Below, one piece after another: positions 52,057-64,000 of a stretch of DNA of 64,000 bases. The notes beneath the pieces are model-generated. The model searched no databases, was not told the DNA's origin, and saw nothing but the letters and a program-made list of their open reading frames with translations. Position 1 is the stretch's first letter, and every line of letters starts with the position of its first letter. The position numbers and the translations under genes were made by a program. The stretch lies in the NCBI GenBank assembly GCA_964016885.1, contig OZ024742.1, positions 373,674,001 to 373,738,000 of the forward strand, given 5' to 3'. Origin of the DNA: Eledone cirrhosa. Its lineage: Eukaryota.

Positions 52057-55000
52057 CTTATGGCCAGATTGGTTAACCTAAGACTGACATCAGAAGTAGG
52101 GAGAGTGGAACTCATTGATTCCACTGAAGAGCTCCGTCTACTTGATGGCCATATTGGATAACCTAAGACTGTCATCAGTAGTAGGGAGAGTGGAGCTCAT
52201 TGATCCCACTGAAGAGCTCTCTCTACCTTATGGCCAGATTGGATAACCTAAGACTGACATTAGTAGTAGGGAGAGTGGAGCTCATTGATTCCACTGAAGA
52301 GCTCTGTCTACCTTATGGCCAGATTGGATAACCTAAGACTGACATTAGTAGTAGGGAGAGTGGAACTCATTGATTCCACTGAAGAGCTCTGTCTACCTTA
52401 TGGCCAGATTGGATAACCTAAGACTGACATTAGTAGTAAGGAGAGTGGAGCTCATTGATTCCACTGAAGAGCTCTGTCTACCTTATGGCCAGATTGGATA
52501 ACCTAAGACTGACATTAGTAGTAGGGAGAGTGGAGCTCATTGATTCCACTAAAGAGCTCTGTCTACCTTGTGGCCAGATTGGATAACCTAAGACTGACAT
52601 TAGTAGTAGGGAGAGTGGAGCTCATTGATTCCACTAAAGAGCTCTGTCTACCTTGTGGCCAGATTGGATAACCTAAGACTGACATCAGTAGTAGGGAGAG
52701 TGGAGCTCATTGATTCCACTGAAGAGCTCTGTCTACCTTATGGCCAGATTGGATAACCTAAGACTGACATCAGTAGTAAGGAGAGTGGAGGTCATTGATT
52801 CCACTGAAGAGCTCTCTCTACCTTATGGCCAGATTGGATAACCTAAGACTGACATTAGTAGTAGGGAGAGTGGAGCTCATTGATTCCACTGAAGAGCTCT
52901 GTCTACCTTGTGGCCAGATTGGATAACCTAAGACTGACATTAGTAGTAGGGAGAGTGGAGCTCATTGATTCCACTAAAGAGCTCTGTCTACCTTGTGGCC
53001 AGATTGGATAACCTAAGACTGACATCAGTAGTAGGGAGAGTGGAGCTCATTGATTCCACTGAAGAGCTCTGTCTACCTTATGGCCAGATTGGATAACCTA
53101 AGACTGACATCAGTAGTAAGGAGAGTGGAGGTCATTGATTCCACTGAAGAGCTCTGTCTACCTTATGGCCAGATTGGATAACCTAAGACTGACATTAGTA
53201 GTAGGGAGAGTGGAGCTCATTGATTCCACTGAAGAGCTCTGTCTACCTTGTGGCCAGATTGGATAACCTAAGATTGACATTAGTAGTAGGGAGAGTGGAG
53301 CTCATTGATTCCACTGAAGAGCTCTGTCTACATTGTGGCCAGTTTGGATAACCTAAGACTGACATTAGTAGTAGGGAGAGTGGAACTCATTGATTCCACT
53401 GAAGAGCTCTGTCTACCTTATGGCCAGATTGGATAACCTAAGACTGACATTAGTAGTAGGGAGAGTGGAACTCATTGATTCCACTGAAGAGCTCTGTCTA
53501 CCTTATGGCCAGATTGGATAACCTAAGACTGACATTAGTAGTAGGGAGAGTGGAGCTCATTGATTCCACTAAAGAGCTCTGTCTACCTTGTGGCCAGATT
53601 GGATAACCTAAGACTGACATTAGTAGTAGGGAGAGTGGAGCTCATTGATTCCACTGAAGAGCTCTGTCTACCTTATGGCCAGATTGGATAACCTAAGACT
53701 GACATTAGTAGTAGGGAGAGTGGAACTCATTGATTCCACTGAAGAGCTCTCTCTACCTTATGGCCAGATTGGATAACCTAAAACTGACATCAGTAGTAGG
53801 GAGAGTGGAACTCATTGATTCCACTGAAGAGCTCTGTCTACCTTATGGCCAGATTGGATAGCCTAAGACTGACATTAGTAGTAGGGAGAGTGGAACTCAT
53901 TGATTCCACTGAAGAGCTCTGTCTACCTTATGGCCAGATTGGATAACCTAAGACTGACATTAGTAGTAGGGAGAGTGGAACTCATTGATTCCACTGAAGA
54001 GCTCTGTCTACCTTATGGCCAGATTGGATAACCTAAGACTGACATTAGTAGTAGGGAGAGTGGAACTCATTGATTCCACTGAAGAGCTCTGTCTACCTTA
54101 TGGCCAGATTGGATAACCTAAGACTGACATTAGTAGTAGGGAGAGTGGAACTCATTGATTCCACTGAAGAGCTCTGTCTACCTTATGGCCAGATTGGATA
54201 ACCTAAGACTGACATTAGTAGTAGGGAGAGTGGAACTCATTGATTCCACTGAAGAGCTCTGTCTACCTTATGGCCAGATTGGATAACCTAAGACTGACAT
54301 TAGTAGTAGGGAGAGTGGAACTCATTGATTCCACTGAAGAGCTCTGTCTACCTTATGGCCAGATTGGATAACCTAAGACTGACATTAGTAGTAGGGAGAG
54401 TGGAACTCATTGATTCCACTGAAGAGCTCTGTCTACCTTATGGCCAGATTGGATAACCTAAGACTGACATTAGTAGTAGGGAGAGTGGAACTCATTGATT
54501 CCACTGAAGAGCTCTGTCTACCTTATGGCCAGATTGGATAACCTAAGACTGACATTAGTAGTAGGGAGAGTGGAACTCATTGATTCCACTGAAGAGCTCT
54601 GTCTACCTTATGGCCAGATTGGATAACCTAAGACTGACATTAGTAGTAGGGAGAGTGGAACTCATTGATTCCACTGAAGAGCTCTGTCTACCTTATGGCC
54701 AGATTGGATAACCTAAGACTGACATTAGTAGTAGGGAGAGTGGAACTCATTGATTCCACTGAAGAGCTCTGTCTACCTTATGGCCAGATTGGATAACCTA
54801 AGACTGACATTAGTAGTAGGGAGAGTGGAACTCATTGATTCCACTGAAGAGCTCTGTCTACCTTATGGCCAGATTGGATAACCTAAGACTGACATTAGTA
54901 GTAGGGAGAGTGGAACTCATTGATTCCACTGAAGAGCTCTGTCTACCTTATGGCCAGATTGGATAACCTAAGACTGACATTAGTAGTAGGGAGAGTGGAA

Positions 55001-58000
55001 CTCATTGATTCCACTGAAGAGCTCTGTCTACCTTATGGCCAGATTGGATAACCTAAGACTGACATTAGTAGTAGGGAGAGTGGAACTCATTGATTCCACT
55101 GAAGAGCTCTGTCTACCTTATGGCCAGATTGGATAACCTAAGACTGACATTAGTAGTAGGGAGAGTGGAACTCATTGATTCCACTGAAGAGCTCTGTCTA
55201 CCTTATGGCCAGATTGGATAACCTAAGACTGACATTAGTAGTAGGGAGAGTGGAACTCATTGATTCCACTGAAGAGCTCTGTCTACCTTATGGCCAGATT
55301 GGATAACCTAAGACTGACATTAGTAGTAGGGAGAGTGGAACTCATTGATTCCACTGAAGAGCTCTGTCTACCTTATGGCCAGATTGGATAACCTAAGACT
55401 GACATTAGTAGTAGGGAGAGTGGAACTCATTGATTCCACTGAAGAGCTCTGTCTACCTTATGGCCAGATTGGATAACCTAAGACTGACATTAGTAGTAGG
55501 GAGAGTGGAACTCATTGATTCCACTGAAGAGCTCTGTCTACCTTATGGCCAGATTGGATAACCTAAGACTGACATTAGTAGTAGGGAGAGTGGAACTCAT
55601 TGATTCCACTGAAGAGCTCTGTCTACCTTATGGCCAGATTGGATAACCTAAGACTGACATTAGTAGTAGGGAGAGTGGAACTCATTGATTCCACTGAAGA
55701 GCTCTGTCTACCTTATGGCCAGATTGGATAACCTAAGACTGACATTAGTAGTAGGGAGAGTGGAACTCATTGATTCCACTGAAGAGCTCTGTCTACCTTA
55801 TGGCCAGATTGGATAACCTAAGACTGACATTAGTAGTAGGGAGAGTGGAACTCATTGATTCCACTGAAGAGCTCTGTCTACCTTATGGCCAGATTGGATA
55901 ACCTAAGACTGACATTAGCAGTAGTGAGAGTGGAGCTCATTGATTCCACTGAAGAGCTCTGTCTACCTTGTGGCCAGATTGGATAACTTAAGACTGACAT
56001 TAGTAGTAGGGAGAGTGGAACTCATTGATTCCACTGAAGAGCTCTGTCTACCTTATGGCCAGATTGGATAACCTAAGACTGACATTAGTAGTAAGGAGAG
56101 TGGAGCTCATTGAATCCACTGAAGAGCTCTGTCTACCTTATGGCCAGATTGGATAACCTAAGACTGTCATTAGTAGTAGGGAGAGTGGAGCTCATTGATT
56201 CCACTGAAGAGCGCTGTCTACATTGTGGCCAGTTTGGATAACCTAACACTGACATCAGTAGTAGGGAGAGTGGAACTCATTGATTCCACTGAAGAGCTCT
56301 GTCTACCTTATGGCCAGATTGGATAACCTAAGACTGACATTAGTAGTAAGGAGAGTGGAGCTCATTGATTCCACTGAAGAGCTCTGTCTACCTTATGGCC
56401 AGATTGGATAACCTAAGACTGACATTAGTAGTAGTGAGAGTGGAGCTCATTGATTCCACTGAAGAGCTCTGTCTACCTTGTGGCCAGATTGGATAACCTA
56501 AGACTGACATTAGTAATAGGGAGAGTGGAACTCATTGATTCCACTGAAGAGCTCTGTCTACCTTATGGCCAGATTCGATAACCTAAGACTGACATTAGTA
56601 GTAAGGAGAGTGGAGCTCATTGAATCCACTGAAGAGCTCTGTCTACCTTATGGCCAGATTGGATAACCTAAGACTGACATTAGTAGTAGGGAGAGTGGAG
56701 CTCATTGATTCCACTGAAGAGCTCTGTCTACCTTATAGCCACATTGGATAACCTAAGACTGACATTAGTAGTAGGGAGAGTGGAACTCATTGATTCCACT
56801 GAAGAGCTCTCTCTACCTTATGGCCAGATTGGATAACCTACGACTGACATCAGTAGTAGGGAGAGTGGAGCTCATTGATTCCACTAAAGAGCTCTGTCTA
56901 CCTTGTGGCCAGATTGGATAACCTAAGACTGACATTAGTAGTAGGGAGAGTGGAGCTCATTGATTCCACTGAAGAGCTCTGTCTAACTTATGGCCAGATT
57001 GGATAACCTAAGACTGACATCAGTAGTAGGGAGAGTGGAACTCATTGATTCCACTGAAGAGCTCTCTCTACCTTATGGGCAGATTGGATAACCTAAGACT
57101 GACATCAGTAGTAGGGAGAGTGGAAGTCATTGATTCCACTGAAGAGCTCTGTCTACCTTATGGCCAGATTGGATAACCTAAGACTGACATTAGTAGTAGG
57201 GAGAGTGGAACTCATTGATTCCACTGAAGAGCTCTGTCTACCTTATGGCCAGATTGGATAACCTAAGACTGACATTAGTAGTAGGGAGAGTGGAACTCAT
57301 TGATTCCACTGAAGAGCTCTGTCTACCTTATGGCCAGATTGGATAACCTAAGACTGACATTAGTAGTAGGGAGAGTGGAACTCATTGATTCCACTGAAGA
57401 GCTCTGTCTACCTTATGGCCAGATTGGATAACCTAAGACTGACATTAGTAGTAGGGAGAGTGGAACTCATTGATTCCACTGAAGAGCTCTGTCTACCTTA
57501 TGGCCAGATTGGATAACCTAAGACTGACATTAGTAGTAGGGAGAGTGGAGCTCATTGATTCCACTAAAGAGCTCTGTCTACCTTGTGGCCAGTTTGGATA
57601 ACCTAAGACTGACATCAGTAGTAAGGAGAGTGGAGCTTATTGATTCCACTGAAGAGCTCTGTCTACCTTATGGCCAGATTGGATAACCTAAGACTGACAT
57701 TAGTAGTATGGAGAGTGGAACTCATTGATTCCACTGAAGAGCTCTGTCTACCTTATGGCCAGATTGGATAACCTAAGACTGACATCAGTAGTAGGGAGAG
57801 TGGAGTTCATTGATTCCACTGAAGAGCTCTGTCTACCTTATGGCCAGTTTGGATAACCTAAAACTGACATCAGTGGTAGGGAGAGTGGAACTCATTGATT
57901 CCACTGAAGAGCTCTGTCTACCTTATGTCCAGTTTGGATAACCTAAGACTGACATTAGTAGTAGGGAGAGTGGAACTCATTGATTCCACTGAAGAGCTCT

Positions 58001-61000
58001 GTCTACCTTATAGCCAGATTGGATAACCTAAGACTGACATCAGTAGTAGGGAAAGTGGAGCTCATTGATTCCACTGAAGAGCTCTGTCTACCTTATGGCC
58101 AGATTGGATAACCTAAGACTGACATCAGTAGTAGGGAGAGGGGAGCTCATTGATTCCACTGAAGAGCTCTGTCTACCTTATGGCCAGATTGGATAACCTA
58201 AGACTGACATTAGTAGTAGGGAGAGTGGAGCTCATTGATTCCACTGAAGAGCTCTGTCTACCTTATGGCCAGTTTGGATAACCTAAGACTGACATTAGTA
58301 GTAGGGAGAGTGGAGCTCATTGATTCCATTAAAGAGCTCTGTCTACCTTATGGCCAGTTTGGATAACCTAAGACTAACATTAGTAGTAGGGAGAGTGGAA
58401 CTCATTGATTCCACTGAAGAGCTCTGTCTACCTTATGGCCAGATTGGATAACCTAAAACTGACATCAGTAGTAGGGAGAGTGGAACTCATTCATTCCACT
58501 GAAGAGCTCTGTCTACCTTATGGCCAGATTGGATAACCTAAGACTGACATCAGTAGAAGGGAGAGTGGAGCTCATTCATTCCACTGAAGAGCTCTGTCTA
58601 CCTTATGGCCAGATTGGATAACCTAAGACTGACATCAGTAGTAAGGAGAGTGGAGCTCATTGATTCCACTGAAGAGCTCTGTCTACCTTATGGCCAGATT
58701 GGATAACCTAAGACTGACATTAGTAGTAGGGAGAGTGGAGCTCATTGATTCCACTGAAGAGCTCTGTCTACCTTATGGCCAGTTTGGATAACCTAAGACT
58801 GACATTAGTAGTAGGGAGAGTGGAGCTCATTGATTCCACTGAAGAGCTCTCTCTACCTTATGGCCAGATTGGATAACCTAAGACTGACATTAGTAGTAGG
58901 GAGAGTGGAGCTCATTGATTCCACTGAAGAGCTCTGTCTACCTTATGGCCAGTTTGGATAACCTAAGACTGACATTAGTAGTAGGGAGAGTGGAGCTCAT
59001 TGATTCCACTGAAGAGCTCTGTCTACCTTATGGCCAGATTGGATAACCTAAGACTGACATTAGTAGTAGGGAGAGTGGAGCTCATTGATTCCTCTGAAGA
59101 GCTCTGTCTACCTTATGGCCAGTTTGGATAACCTAAGACTAACATTAGTAGTAGGGAGAGTGGAACTCATTGATTCCACTGAAGAGCTCTGTCTACCTTA
59201 TGGCCAGATTGGATAACCTAAGAGTGACATCAGTAGTAGGGAGAGTGGAGCTCATTGATTCCTCTGAAGAGCTCTGTCTACCTTATGGCCAGATTGGATA
59301 ACCTAAGACTGACATCAGTAGAAGGGAGAGTGGAGCTCATTGATTCCACCGAAGAGCTCTGTCTACCTTATGGCCAGATTGGATAACCTAAGACTGACAT
59401 CAGTAGTAAGGAGAGTGGAGCTCATTGATTCCACTGAAGAGCTCTGTCTACCTTATGGCCAGTTTGGATAACCTAAGACTTACATCAGTAGTAAGGAGAG
59501 TGGAGCTCATTGATTCCACTGAAGAGCTGTCTACCTTATGGCCAGATTGGATAACCTAAGACTTATATCAGTAGTAGGGAGAGTGGAGCTCATTGATTCC
59601 ACTGAAGAGCTCTGTCTACCTTATGGCCAGATTGGATAACCTAAGATTGACATCAGTAGTAGGGAGAATTGATATCATTGATTCCACTGAAGAGCTCTGT
59701 CTACCTTATGGCCAGATTGGATAACCTAAGATTGACATCAGTAGTAGGGAGAGTGGAGCTCATTGATTCCACTGAAGAGCTCTGTCTACCTTATGGCCAG
59801 ATTGGATAACCTAAGACTGACATTAGTAGTAGGGAGAGTGGAACTCATTGATTCCACTGAAGAGCTCTGTCTACCTTATGGCCAGATTGGATAACCTAAG
59901 ACTGACATTAGTAGTAGGGAGAGTGGAACTCATTGATTCCACTGAAGAGCTCTGTCTACCTTATGGCCAGATTGGATAACCTAAGACTGACATTAGTAGT
60001 AGGGAGAGTGGAACTCATTGATTCCACTGAAGAGCTCTGTCTACCTTATGGCCAGATTGGATAACCTAAGACTGACATTAGTAGTAGGGAGAGTGGAACT
60101 CATTGATTCCACTGAAGAGCTCTGTCTACCTTATGGCCAGATTGGATAACCTAAGACTGACATTAGTAGTAGGGAGAGTGGAACTCATTGATTCCACTGA
60201 AGAGCTCTGTCTACCTTATGGCCAGATTGGATAACCTAAGACTGACATTAGTAGTAGGGAGAGTGGAACTCATTGATTCCACTGAAGAGCTCTGTCTACC
60301 TTATGGCCAGATTGGATAACCTAAGACTGACATTAGTAGTAGGGAGAGTGGAACTCATTGATTCCACTGAAGAGCTCTGTCTACCTTATGGCCAGATTGG
60401 ATAACCTAAGACTGACATTAGTAGTAGGGAGAGTGGAACTCATTGATTCCACTGAAGAGCTCTGTCTACCTTATGGCCAGATTGGATAACCTAAGACTGA
60501 CATTAGTAGTAGGGAGAGTGGAACTCATTGATTCCACTGAAGAGCTCTGTCTACCTTATGGCCAGATTGGATAACCTAAGACTGACATTAGTAGTAGGGA
60601 GAGTGGAACTCATTGATTCCACTGAAGAGCTCTGTCTACCTTATGGCCAGATTGGATAACCTAAGACTGACATTAGTAGTAGGGAGAGTGGAACTCATTG
60701 ATTCCACTGAAGAGCTCTGTCTACCTTATGGCCAGATTGGATAACCTAAGACTGACATTAGTAGTAGGGAGAGTGGAACTCATTGATTCCACTGAAGAGC
60801 TCTGTCTACCTTATGGCCAGATTGGATAACCTAAGACTGACATTAGTAGTAGGGAGAGTGGAACTCATTGATTCCACTGAAGAGCTCTGTCTACCTTATG
60901 GCCAGATTGGATAACCTAAGACTGACATTAGTAGTAGGGAGAGTGGAACTCATTGATTCCACTGAAGAGCTCTGTCTACCTTATGGCCAGATTGGATAAC

Positions 61001-64000
61001 CTAAGACTGACATTAGTAGTAGGGAGAGTGGAACTCATTGATTCCACTGAAGAGCTCTGTCTACCTTATGGCCAGATTGGATAACCTAAGACTGACATTA
61101 GTAGTAGGGAGAGTGGAACTCATTGATTCCACTGAAGAGCTCTGTCTACCTTATGGCCAGATTGGATAACCTAAGACTGACATTAGTAGTAGGGAGAGTG
61201 GAACTCATTGATTCCACTGAAGAGCTCTGTCTACCTTATGGCCAGATTGGATAACCTAAGACTGACATTAGTAGTAGGGAGAGTGGAACTCATTGATTCC
61301 ACTGAAGAGCTCTGTCTACCTTATGGCCAGATTGGATAACCTAAGACTGACATTAGTAGTAGGGAGAGTGGAACTCATTGATTCCACTGAAGAGCTCTGT
61401 CTACCTTATGGCCAGATTGGATAACCTAAGACTGACATTAGTAGTAGGGAGAGTGGAACTCATTGATTCCACTGAAGAGCTCTGTCTACCTTATGGCCAG
61501 ATTGGATAACCTAAGACTGACATTAGTAGTAGGGAGAGTGGAACTCATTGATTCCACTGAAGAGCTCTGTCTACCTTATGGCCAGATTGGATAACCTAAG
61601 ACTGACATTAGTAGTAGGGAGAGTGGAACTCATTGATTCCACTGAAGAGCTCTGTCTACCTTATGGCCAGATTGGATAACCTAAGACTGACATTAGCAGT
61701 AGTGAGAGTGGAGCTCATTGATTCCACTGAAGAGCTCTGTCTACCTTGTGGCCAGATTGGATAACTTAAGACTGACATTAGTAGTAGGGAGAGTGGAACT
61801 CATTGATTCCACTGAAGAGCTCTGTCTACCTTATGGCCAGATTGGATAACCTAAGACTGACATTAGTAGTAAGGAGAGTGGAGCTCATTGAATCCACTGA
61901 AGAGCTCTGTCTACCTTATGGCCAGATTGGATAACCTAAGACTGACATTAGTAGTAGGGAGAGTGGAGCTCATTGATTCCACTGAAGAGCGCTGTCTACA
62001 TTGTGGCCAGTTTGGATAACCTAACACTGACATCAGTAGTAGGGAGAGTGGAACTCATTGATTCCACTGAAGAGCTCTGTCTACCTTATGGCCAGATTGG
62101 ATAACCTAAGACTGACATTAGTAGTAAGGAGAGTGGAGCTCATTGATTCCACTGAAGAGCTCTGTCTACCTTATGGCCAGATTGGATAACCTAAGACTGA
62201 CATTAGTAGTAGTGAGAGTGGAGCTCATTGATTCCACTGAAGAGCTCTGTCTACCTTGTGGCCAGATTGGATAACCTAAGACTGACATTAGTAATAGGGA
62301 GAGTGGAACTCATTGATTCCACTGAAGAGCTCTGTCTACCTTATGGCCAGATTCGATAACCTAAGACTGACATTAGTAGTAAGGAGAGTGGAGCTCATTG
62401 AATCCACTGAAGAGCTCTGTCTACCTTATGGCCAGATTGGATAACCTAAGACTGACATTAGTAGTAGGGAGAGTGGAGCTCATTGATTCCACTGAAGAGC
62501 TCTGTCTACCTTATAGCCAGATTGGATAACCTAAGACTGACATTAGTAGTAGGGAGAGTGGAACTCATTGATTCCACTGAAGAGCTCTCTCTACCTTATG
62601 GCCAGATTGGATAACCTACGACTGACATCAGTAGTAGGGAGAGTGGAGCTCATTGATTCCACTAAAGAGCTCTGTCTACCTTGTGGCCAGATTGGATAAC
62701 CTAAGACTGACATTAGTAGTAGGGAGAGTGGAGCTCATTGATTCCACTGAAGAGCTCTGTCTACCTTATGGCCAGATTGGATAACCTAAGACTGACATCA
62801 GTAGTAGGGAGAGTGGAACTCATTGATTCCACTGAAGAGCTCTCTCTACCTTATGGGCAGATTGGATAACCTAAGACTGACATCAGTAGTAGGGAGAGTG
62901 GAAGTCATTGATTCCACTGAAGAGCTCTGTCTACCTTATGGCCAGATTGGATAACCTAAGACTGACATTAGTAGTAGGGAGAGTGGAACTCATTGATTCC
63001 ACTGAAGAGCTCTGTCTACCTTATGGCCAGATTGGATAACCTAAGACTGACATTAGTAGTAGGGAGAGTGGAACTCATTGATTCCACTGAAGAGCTCTGT
63101 CTACCTTATGGCCAGATTGGATAACCTAAGACTGACATTAGTAGTAGGGAGAGTGGAACTCATTGATTCCACTGAAGAGCTCTGTCTACCTTATGGCCAG
63201 ATTGGATAACCTAAGACTGACATTAGTAGTAGGGAGAGTGGAACTCATTGATTCCACTGAAGAGCTCTGTCTACCTTGTGGCCAGTTTGGATAACCTAAG
63301 ACTGACATCAGTAGTAAGGAGAGTGGAGCTTATTGATTCCACTGAAGAGCTCTGTCTACCTTATGGCCAGATTGGATAACCTAAGACTGACATTAGTAGT
63401 ATGGAGAGTGGAACTCATTGATTCCACTGAAGAGCTCTGTCTACCTTATGGCCAGATTGGATAACCTAAGACTGACATCAGTAGTAGGGAGAGTGGAGTT
63501 CATTGATTCCACTGAAGAGCTCTGTCTACCTTATGGCCAGTTTGGATAACCTAAAACTGACATCAGTAGTAGGGAGAGTGGAACTCATTGATTCCACTGA
63601 AGAGCTCTGTCTACCTTATGTCCAGTTTGGATAACCTAAGACTGACATTAGTAGTAGGGAGAGTGGAACTCATTGATTCCACTGAAGAGCTCTGTCTACC
63701 TTATAGCCAGATTGGATAACCTAAGACTGACATCAGTAGTAGGGAAAGTGGAGCTCATTGATTCCACTGAAGAGCTCTGTCTACCTTATGGCCAGATTGG
63801 ATAACCTAAGACTGACATCAGTAGTAGGGAGAGGGGAGCTCATTGATTCCACTGAAGAGCTCTGTCTACCTTATGGCCAGATTGGATAACCTAAGACTGA
63901 CATTAGTAGTAGGGAGAGTGCAGCTCATTGATTCCACTGAAGAGCTCTGTCTACCTTATGGCCAGTTTGGATAACCTAAGACTGACATTAGTAGTAGGGA
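52057..64000. repeat. 85-bp tandem satellite (about 140 monomers; runs off the window end)
   Basis: CCTTATGGCCAGATTGGATAACCTAAGACTGACATTAGTAGTAGGGAGAGTGGAACTCATTGATTCCACTGAAGAGCTCTGTCTA. Confidence 0.98.

Overview
AT-rich animal DNA made almost entirely of repeats, with no recognisable host protein-coding gene. The SINE, RTE and 5S types suggest a mollusc, probably an octopod cephalopod (inference). Tandem arrays: a 34-bp satellite (1-14.4 kb) with a ~1.8-2.0 kb higher-order period; related 29-bp and 28-bp satellites (15.9-22.7 kb), the latter interrupted by a 5'-truncated CR1-like LINE; a 31-bp minisatellite; long (ACC)n tracts; and an 85-bp satellite (52-64 kb) with a 5778-bp super-repeat. 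Between them lies a nested transposon graveyard: three RTE-clade LINE families, two tRNA-derived SINE families, an internally deleted Helitron, TTAA/piggyBac-type MITEs, a decayed CRE-like fragment and several long fold-backs. Most notable: (i) the 85-bp monomer looks like a degenerate hammerhead-ribozyme core repeated about 140 times; (ii) a near-canonical type I hammerhead lies inside a Penelope-like fold-back family; (iii) a 5S rRNA copy is fused in tandem to a tRNA-CORE-RTE SINE; (iv) the RTE ORFs carry an internal C4HC3 (PHD-like) finger and share UTR modules with their SINEs. All calls were made by eye and coordinates of degraded elements are approximate.
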